From NCBI GenBank assembly GCA_000934665.2, contig JYFJ02003097.1, positions 1 to 46,467 of the forward strand: a stretch of 46,467 nucleotides of DNA, written 5' to 3'. The position numbers were made by a program, and so were the translations under genes. Within the stretch, counting starts at the first letter, position 1. Every line of letters starts with the position of its first letter. The notes beneath the pieces were generated by a model. The model searched no databases and was not told where the DNA came from. It saw nothing but the letters and a program-made list of their open reading frames with translations. This document shows, piece after piece, positions 38,147-46,467 of this stretch. The DNA is from Catajapyx aquilonaris. Lineage: Eukaryota.

Positions 38147-38385
38147 AGTGCCTTGGCCCCTCTGCCTGCTGATGGTTGGGGTGAGTGAGGCTTGGATGGA
38201 TGTGGGTGCATGTAATGGGCAATGTAAGCTACGTTGCTCCTCTTCCCCTATCCTCTCGGGGCTTGCCCTGGGAGGATAGGGGAAGAGGAGGCAACGTAGC
38301 TTACATTGCCCATGGGGTGCCCCCATCATCCAAAGCCTCTCTCCCTGGCCATTAGTAGGCGGAGGGGGGAGAGACAAGGTTGCAC
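38147..38385 (+). ncRNA. ~240-nt GC-rich fold-back hairpin (candidate hpRNA or miRNA precursor)
   Basis: Inner stem 38215-38313 is nearly perfect over ~41 bp. Outer stem CCCCTCTGCCTGCTGATGGTTGGGG pairs with CCCTGGCCATTAGTAGGCGGAGGGG using only Watson-Crick and G:U pairs on the + strand. Confidence 0.5.
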
Positions 38386-38689
38386 TTTCTTTATACAGCC
38401 AATATACACTGTACAAAAATCGCAATAAAGATGTTGACAATAATAGTTCTGACTGCTGTTTTTTTCCCAGGATGTTCCAAGCAACTTGTGTGTTATAGGC
38501 TACGTGATCCTTTCCAGGCTGTGCAATAAAGATGTCCACAATAATGGCTGCTCTTCTGATTGCTACTGCATCTTTTCCAGGGTGTACAAAAGTTATGCTG
38601 GCCAACAATCTAAAAAAAAAATTTAAAAAACTTAGAATTTTTAGGATGAATTAAGAGCTATTAACTGCAGAAGGAGAATTCATCCAATG

Positions 38690-40705
38690 AATTTTACTGG
38701 AAATACAGAAAGCTATATGTAACTTATTCTCGAAAATAGTTGACATTAAAAAACTTATGAATTTGCTCAATCACCATGATGCTGTCGATGGTACAAATTC
38801 CTTTAAGTTAATTTGCTGCCTGCAAACAACCCAGAACATCCTGAACTACTGTACTGTTATCACTTCTACATATGAGTCAAATAACCTTGACTTCAATTGG
38901 ACTCAAGACAAATGAAGCAAATGGGGAATTTTTAAAGCAATGGATCCAGGTATGACTGATTGAATTAATTTGTGAATTAGGAAATGGCCTATGATTGCTC
39001 AAGAATGGGTAAAACACATTGGATGTGTGTCAGCCAAATATCTTCATATAAAGACAGTTGATTTTTAATGGCCATTAAATTATTCACAGCTGTAAACAAT
39101 AATACAAGGACATATTTCTGCTGCAGTATACACGACATGTGATTGTTTGCAAAAAATCTTACAAGATGTCCTATTTTGATGCCATTACATAATATTATGA
39201 GCTCAATGAGCTGACAGTTGCTCATCACATTTTTTCATGAAATCTCCCAGTATAACGTATTCTGACTACTTAAAATAGTACTGACATCACACTAGGCAAC
39301 TTCAGCAGTGCAATTAACAAATACAGGCTTGTGACATCTTTGGGAAATGAACTTGACAATTTTCATTGTAATGATTGCTTTGGCACAGAGTGACGTAATA
39401 ACTTTCAAAGAAGGGTCTTTAATTCTCAGCCACAGTGAATACAATACATTCATTACAGCATAAAAATTTAGCATCAAGAGACATTTTTCCATGATTATTA
39501 TGACCAACACTGCTACAAAGTATAATTATACACGTGTAATGCTTACCATTTTCATGTCTGGTCTGCCAGGCTAGTAGATGGCAAGTGAAGGGTTGAGGCA
39601 TCTGCTGATGACAGCACCTCGCATCGCTTGATTCCACAAGTTGATTAGGATGAGGCCAAAGTGGTTGCTGGTTTGGCAGAAACAGGCAGGTGATGTCCAG
39701 AGACCAATCAGATGCATCATCATCATTCTGTAAGGTGTAATGAGTACAGGTCATTGAGTGCCAATTGCCTCATTGTGGTAATTATATATGTTTCGCCATG
39801 CAGTGACTTTTGCACAGTTACATGTAATATAATATGTATAATAGTTGTTATTAAAAGAATTAGCTAGGCTAATAATTGTAGGTTGCATAGCCACACAATC
39901 AAGTGTTTTGTCTTAGAACTTTTTAATGCCATTAGCAGACTACAAATTCCACCAAGATATATTTGATGCCTGCAAATAACCCAGAACCTTAACATAAATG
40001 AGACTGGATGAACTTCTGCAAGATCAACACCTTTGTCACCATTAATTGTGGGCAGTCTTGAACTACTCTACTTCAAATCCTGCAATTAAGTTATCATCCC
40101 TTGATACAATCAAGGTCACAGCTATTGCCAAACACACAATTTCAACCTTATCAGTTCAGCAGATGTGTCAAAGAACCTTTCCTTTGACTTAATTGGCGAA
40201 TTAATTCACTCTGGCAAACTGAAAACAATGGACGCAAGAGAAAATAGGAAGTTAACGGCGAATGAAAACCAATGGATCCAGTTACCACTTGTGTTGAATT
40301 AATAATTTGCCAATTAGGTCCAATGGGCTTAAAGTGCTCAAGAACTGAAGACATATTGAATGTGTGTCAATGAAATATCTTTTATTGCCTTCAACACTGC
40401 ACATTAAGTTGCCACTATTCACATCTGTGAATAATAATAATACAAATTTCTGCTGTGGTGTGGCTTGAAAATAATATATTACCTGGGAGCATGGAATGCT
40501 AAATTACATGCTACAAATTACATGCTGGCAGAGTATTACAGAAATGTTATTGTTTGCTCAAGAAATCTTTCAAACTGACATATTCTGAAGCCAAAATGGC
40601 ACTGCATGTGATAGTTGCTCATCATGACTTTAGCATCACATGCAATCTTGAAATCTCCCCAGTCAGCCTTAGAAAGTTAGAATGCAGTAGTAATGGCATC
40701 ACATT
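38690..40705. repeat. Old diverged direct duplication (~38690-39300 versus ~39850-40705)
   Basis: Colinear shared blocks ATTTG.TGCCTGCAAA.AACCCAGAAC, AATGGATCCAG, ATGTGTGTCA, TTTCTGCTG, AGTTGCTCATCA, AATCTCCC. Confidence 0.65.
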
Positions 40706-41689
40706 TAACTTGTAACCATGAAAATGCTCTTAACTGATCATGGCAGCTAACAATAACACTGCACTGACATTGACAACTATTAATACGGTGAATTTGGAAC
40801 ATTAAATGTGTGACCTTATTACTTCAAAAAATTCAAGGATATTCCATGGAGATAACTGAATGTAAAAGATTCAGGAAAACTTCCACTGGACTTATTGCAG
40901 CCTAGTAATTAATCCAATGACACGGGAAAGCAAAATTTAAATTTTGAGGAACTAATCAAGCTTATGCAACTTTTCAAAGGAATGACAGTTATTTTCTGGG
41001 TCCAGTCCAAAATACCATAATGCAAAGATAATGTCAGGCACTCGGAATACGACCAGGGCTCGTGCAATGAAAAAGGAGGCTACAGCTGTAATAATCACCA
41101 TGTGATTGCTCTCCACTGCCTCCAGACTAGGTGAACGGCAGTCAAGGTTGGAGCATCTGATACGTATGAAATACGCAGCTCAGCAGTCGGCTCTAGGCAG
41201 AAGACCACAGTGAGGACAGCTCCTGTTAAAAGATTTGGAATAAGGTCAGTGGCCAGGACATCCAATGGTAGTTGACACTTCAAGCAAGTGAGTGTGACCC
41301 CCATCCGTTTCACAGTGAAATTAATCTGCAAATTCTGCAATTTGACTTACAAATAATTGTTCCGAGTAGGTATGATGAGTGATGACTTTCCAAGAAAATC
41401 GAAATACTTGACATCTTGTATAATGTATTTTGGGTCACATTTATATAAATAAAATTAAAATATTTAATTTAGTATGTCATTATATAGTTTAAGTTTGAGA
41501 AAGCATTTAAATCAAAATAGCGTAAGCAGTATCATTTTATAGTTTTCGCGTAAACGCAATTTTTTGGCATTTCCAAAATGACAAGACATTTTTCAAAATT
41601 AAAGTCGGTTACCCAGCCCGGATTTTTTTAGAACTTTTCACTGGACGTATATACCGCAACTCAACTCACCGTTAATTGCAGTTACATCC

Positions 41690-42560
41690 AAGGTCGTTGA
41701 GCCTCATCCTTGTCCAGGGTGCCTTGCGACCAACGTGACAGCAGTGGCCTACGTTCTTGGTGTCAACGATGGTGCTTAGTTGTATCCCAGCAGTACACCA
41801 CAAACCCAACCAGCACCAGAAAACGCATTTAATAGGGACACTATTATTCTGCAATTAAATTCACCCCAATTTGACTGTCCCCCATTGTCACACATTCTAG
41901 GGAAATTAACATACTTCTCATGGACAAGTCTACTTAATGAACCTGATGAGACTGTATGTTAGTCCTATTATTACATACCGGTACGTCGACTTTTGCTGTC
42001 CTTGCCTCGTCATCAGTTGTACCTGCATCGTGACCTGCACACACTCCCCTCCTTCCACCAGGTCGAAGCTAGGAATGGTCGCCATTGGCCGATTTGCACC
42101 CAAGTTTGTTACAAGGTCGTTGAGCATCATCTGTTCTTGTCCAAGCGGTCCCTTTTTGACCAACCTTATACTGCGGTTCTGGAGGCTCACTAGTCTGTTG
42201 CCCAAGGCCAAGGTGTACCCCCAGCAGCATACCACAAGCACAATCTATACATAATAAATAAGAGTGCATTTTATTACCCTGGAAATGATTATCTCGGAAT
42301 TATTTAATTCGCCCCAATTTGACTGGGCTACTGTTCATCAACATATGTCTCTCTCTGGAATTATGTTTACTTAACTGTAACCTCATAAAAATCGCAATTA
42401 GTCTTGTGCATTACGTACCGGTACAACATCGTTGTACAGTTGCGGTGAAGGTCTCGTCATTCGGCACACGCACACTCTTCACCTTCCCAGGTCGAGGCTA
42501 CGAATGGTCGCCATTGGACGATTCAGACACCCGCCTACCTACCCACTCAGGACGTAAGCC
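41690..42560. repeat. Diverged tandem duplication with a ~440-bp unit
   Basis: AATTC(A/G)CCCCAATTTGACTG at ~41859 and ~42307; CCAGGTCGA.GCTA.GAATGGTCGCCATTGG.CGATT at ~42058 and ~42487; CCCAGCAG...ACCACAA twice. Confidence 0.75.
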
Positions 42561-42767
42561 CCCTGACTACTCTGAGAAAACGCAGCTGATACGACGCCTT
42601 ACTAGCTACCGATATGAATATATTGCAATAGGCTCGAAAATAATTATTAAATCCGCATCCGCCACGATTATTTATAATGCGAAATGTGTCACTTGCTGCA
42701 CATTATGTGAAGTATGACTCCCTGGGTGCTGAAGGCATCATGTAAGCAGATTCTCCGAGATCCCTAC

Positions 42768-42770
42768 TAT

Positions 42771-42800
<30 letters not shown>
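42768..42800. repeat. (TATT)n microsatellite
   Basis: About eight TATT units. Confidence 0.85.
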
Positions 42801-42801
<1 letters not shown>

Positions 42802-43229
42802 CAATGTTATCGAGTAAATCGCAAATCGGCGGCTCTCTTTCAGTGTGATATTAATGTCGCAATGTATTGGTCACGCTTGGCCCGAAGGGGTTCGCTCAAT
42901 ACTGGCAGGTGTGTTTTTGTGCATGTGGCTGCCAACAAGCCGCGCACCTGGCCTTGTAAGTGACGTGTTGTTACTTTCGACAGTTGCTTATTATTATAAA
43001 AAAAATATTTGTCAGTGCTAATATTAGTAGGTCTGGGCAGCTTGATTATTTATTAGAAATTTTTAAGAAAAGGTAGATAAAACAGACTTGGAGCAAGCCT
43101 CATTTAATTAAACCCGAGCACAATCTGCTTGATAACACAAAATGGCATTACTGTGCTAGTCAGTGTTGCCAGGGTGTCGTCATGGATCCCCCCTTTTCAA
43201 ACTATTGATCCGACGAATAAGCCCCAAAC

Positions 43230-44190
43230 ATGGTGGAAGAGCCGAATGAGTCTCGTCCGTCAGATACTGGCGATGGTCCTCCTAAGCGACGTCGACGACG
43301 CAAGCCAGTTCGAAGCACAGACGATGAAGCTCCAGCACCGCCGCCACCACCACCACAAGAAGAGGAAGAGCCGAAGAAACCACGTCGAGTCAAGAAACGT
43401 CGTAAGTCCAAATCCGATCCTGATCCGACTCCGATCGTGTCCGCACTTCGAGATCTGGCAGAGGACGTCCAGAATTCGCCCATCAGGACGAAACCGGACA
43501 CTCCAAGAAGCATAAGCTACACAACAGGCAAAAGAGTCCAACCGGACATCCTGTACGTGGAGGGACCAAACAAGTTCGTGGCAGTCAGACGAGACAAGCT
43601 CATACCCAGAGTGGACAAGGAGGAACAGGAGGTGAAGAAATCGGATCCGGTCACTTTCGCTCTATGGACACAAAAATGCTTCTTCAGGTTGACCAACTGG
43701 TCAGCCGGAGTCCTCGCTGGGATTGCTATCTGGCACTGCATAATAGTAAGTGTGCTACAAACTGGAGGAAAAAATGTATAGTTAACCACCTTACTTACAG
43801 GTCTACATGAGTGGTCCAGATTGGCGAAGGTATGCAGACCTATCACGTCCCCTGCACTCTTTGTTCTACATACTGACCACCTTCTGTGTTGTGAGTGCCT
43901 TAGACCGACGCAAACAATCGTTCGGCGTGATCCAATCGGGGTCAGTTCTGCTTCTGGTCTACGTCTGCACTTTAGGACTGACATTAGCCACGTCCAGACT
44001 AGACGACAGGTTGGTCATCGCAGCATCCAACTCGACATGGTCAGATGAGGACCTACCAGAAATTGGTCTCTGGAAGGATCTCAACTTGTCTCGATGCGTG
44101 GCAGCAGTCTTGGGTTGGATTCTGCTCTCGATGAAGCCTGGAACTGATTACCTTTACAAGCATGTGGCGACTTTTAAGGAAGTCAATTGA
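43230..44190 (+). CDS. TMEM237: Transmembrane protein 237 (ciliary transition-zone protein, JBTS14 family), 301 aa
   Basis: Exons 43230-43745 and 43801-44190 (55-bp GT-AG intron). Basic/Pro-rich N-terminus, LYVE..KF, FAL...F...GVLAGIAIW, Y..L..PLHSLFY.L...VVSALDR, DDRL, W...NL...LGWILLS.KPG.D, matching the remembered TMEM237 pattern with 4 TM segments. Confidence 0.85.
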
Positions 44191-44583
44191 AAAGTATTGC
44201 ACGTAATGTCAGCACTTGCGCATCAGGAGTTGTTTCTGACAAACTCTTGGTGCGAATATGCACATTATTTTATTCATTGTTACAATTGTTTCCATGAGTG
44301 TTGACACACACAGAAAAAAAACAACAACATATGGCCACGTTTCACTTGCTGCAAAAGTATCACAATTCTACTCCTGCTACAAGTACAAACTGTCGATTTG
44401 TACTAAAAATATTTTTTAGACGCACTTTTCTTTAAAAAAATTCTTTGGTTAAAACATACATTATGTATACAGCGTATAAAATATGATGGCTTGGCCCAAA
44501 AATTGCTAGTACATTTTTGCACATAAAATGACACATCACGTTTATTATTATTTTTTTAAAACTGCTCGTTCATTTCTTTTCAC

Positions 44584-45651
44584 TTACTCGTGCTCAAAGT
44601 CCTTTAATTTGACGTACAAGCAACAGGAGAAAATCATCCCAAAGACTTGCACCACGCATATTCCGAGCCCAACCGCGCCCAAAATCACTAGATGTTCTCG
44701 GATGCTGGATGAGAAGTGATATATGCAGCCCTGTAAACAAGTTGGAAATTGCATGTATTTATATATGACAAGAAGAGGAAACAAAATCCAAAGGAAAACT
44801 TTTCTTGGGAATATGAAAAATGGTTCTACATGAAAGTTGCAAAATGTCTCTCTCTTCCTGACACAGAAAACCTTTCCCGTTTATTTCCCCCCTCCACAAA
44901 TAATCTCAGGTTCGGTCCAAAACTTTTCGATTTATCAGAACACAAACTCTAATGACCTGAGGGCTTGGAAAAAAGATATTTTTCCACCTTTTGATAAACG
45001 AGCAAACTTTTTTTTTCTTCTTTGTGTGTGCAAATAGTGTGGTAGAAAAAATTGCGGAAAGGTGAAAAATTCCTAGTCAGGAAGCGGTCTGAATTGACTT
45101 ACACTGTAATATATATTGCTCGGATGATCCCTGACTCCACAGCCTGGGCTTTCTGACTTGCAGCATGAATCTGGAACTTTGGTTGAAGGATGCTTCTCGT
45201 GCATCCAGACGCTGTAAGGCCAGTCTTCGAAACCAAAAGCACCACAGCATTTAAACTGTAATGCAAAAAAAAAGTTCAATTACGAGTCGTATTTGCAAAG
45301 GGAAACATAATCACAAGACATAAGCCATGACACAATGTGTGGAATTTTCGCCACATTGGTAGTTACTAGTTACTGCTAGGAGTAACTAGCAGTGGGACAA
45401 AAATATTCGTAACCAAATCACATTATTTTTGCAGTGATATGTTGACTTACGTGCAGATAAATTAATCTATAGTTTACCTTTCTTTGCATCTCATCGATGG
45501 CTGACGTTTTGACTTGGTCGACCTGGTAGTTGTCGAGAAACGTGGAATTGAGATGCACTTCCAGCTCGTTCACTACTTGCTCTTCGTACACGTACGATAT
45601 AATTCCAGCCTTTGCCTCCAGCAAGAAAATTAGCAGCAGAAGAAATGTGTA
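44584..45651 (-). CDS. CD151: Tetraspanin, CD151/TSPAN11-like (last three exons; 5' exons beyond the window)
   Basis: Exons 45651-45478, 45255-45103, 44730-44584: TM3, [27 protein letters not shown]4 ending FSCCLY. Confidence 0.88.
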
Positions 45652-46033
45652 CTGAAAATAATGTAACCCAAAAAATGGGATTAATTCACAGATATTTTGA
45701 CAGCATAGCGTTCAACAACTTCTTTTTCATTGGCAATCATTCACAAAATACATTATCAGGCAGTTTATTGGTTACCGAATTTTTGCTAAACTGCGCACCC
45801 TTTCATATTGGCAGCTAACACCTTTTGATAACCAGGAAAAAAAAGTAAACATGAAAAATATGTATTGAAATTACAAGAAACTAATATTATTGCCACACAC
45901 GGGCACCTGAAGGAGATTCAACCAGTAAAGGTGTAAACCTAATGAAAATTCATTCTCATACAGAGGTGTCTGATAAAACATTTTATTAAAATCAAATTAT
46001 AATTATAATCTTCAATTATATGTATATGTAGAA

Positions 46034-46371
46034 TATGTATTGGAACATTTTCGATACATAATTACAGAATTAATCTCCGATTAAGTATTGGAACATTTCC
46101 GATACATAATTAGAGAATTAATCTCCGATTATGTATTGGAACATTTCCGATACATAATTAGAGAATTAATCTCCGATTACGTATTGGAACATTTTCGAAC
46201 ATATTTAGAGAATTAATCTCCGATTACGTATTGGAACATTTCCGATACATAATTACAGAATTAATCTCCGGTTAAGTATTGGAACATTTCCGATACGTAA
46301 TTAGAGAATTAATCTCCGATTATGTATTGGAACATTTTCGATACATAATTAGAGAATTAATCTCCGATTAT
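46034..46371. repeat. 48-bp minisatellite, 7 copies
   Basis: GTATTGGAACATTTCCGATACATAATTAGAGAATTAATCTCCGATTAT repeated at 46037, 46085, 46133, 46181, 46228, 46276, 46324. Confidence 0.95.
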
Positions 46372-46467
46372 ACAGGGTGTTTATTGTAACTCTGCAAAGA
46401 CTTTAAGGGGTAATAGAGGGGACCAAGACAAGTATTTTTGACATAGGAACCCGTGTCCGGAAACGCC
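46371..46467. mobile_element. Start of a Tc1/mariner-type element, truncated by the window edge
   Basis: TA|CAGGGTGT terminus, the same as the element at 8172. Confidence 0.45.

Noticed and set aside
46034..46371. Regular repeats resembling a CRISPR array
   Set aside because: The 48-bp units are contiguous with no unique spacers and lie in a eukaryotic intron; this is a minisatellite.

Overview
Eukaryotic, intron-rich invertebrate genomic DNA, probably arthropod; many introns are only 50-90 bp. From left to right it contains: (1) a + strand, 9-exon, ~1,020-aa coiled-coil protein with an S/T-P-rich basic tail and a C-terminal SIM-like motif, resembling synaptonemal-complex transverse-filament proteins, whose introns hold many DNA-transposon relics; (2) a secreted chitin-deacetylase-like gene with an intact ORF but all metal and catalytic residues replaced; (3) a tandem array of six 8-exon cathepsin D/pepsin-family aspartic protease genes on the - strand. 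Three are soluble and apparently active, one is apparently active with a GPI-signal-like tail, and two have GPI-like tails plus degenerate active sites (ATG/DTG and DTA/DTS). An AcademX-like relic and LINE fragments lie at the duplication junctions; (4) a ~10-kb region with no recognisable protein, containing splice-site-bounded segments, two fold-back hairpins with G:U-biased mismatches and diverged duplications; (5) TMEM237; (6) the 3' exons of a CD151-like tetraspanin, a 48-bp minisatellite and the start of a Tc1/mariner-like element. The best candidate for an undescribed system is the protease array, split into soluble enzymes, a membrane-anchored enzyme and membrane-anchored pseudo-proteases, next to a pseudo-deacetylase. 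All gene models were built by eye from splice consensus and reading frame; no searches were run.
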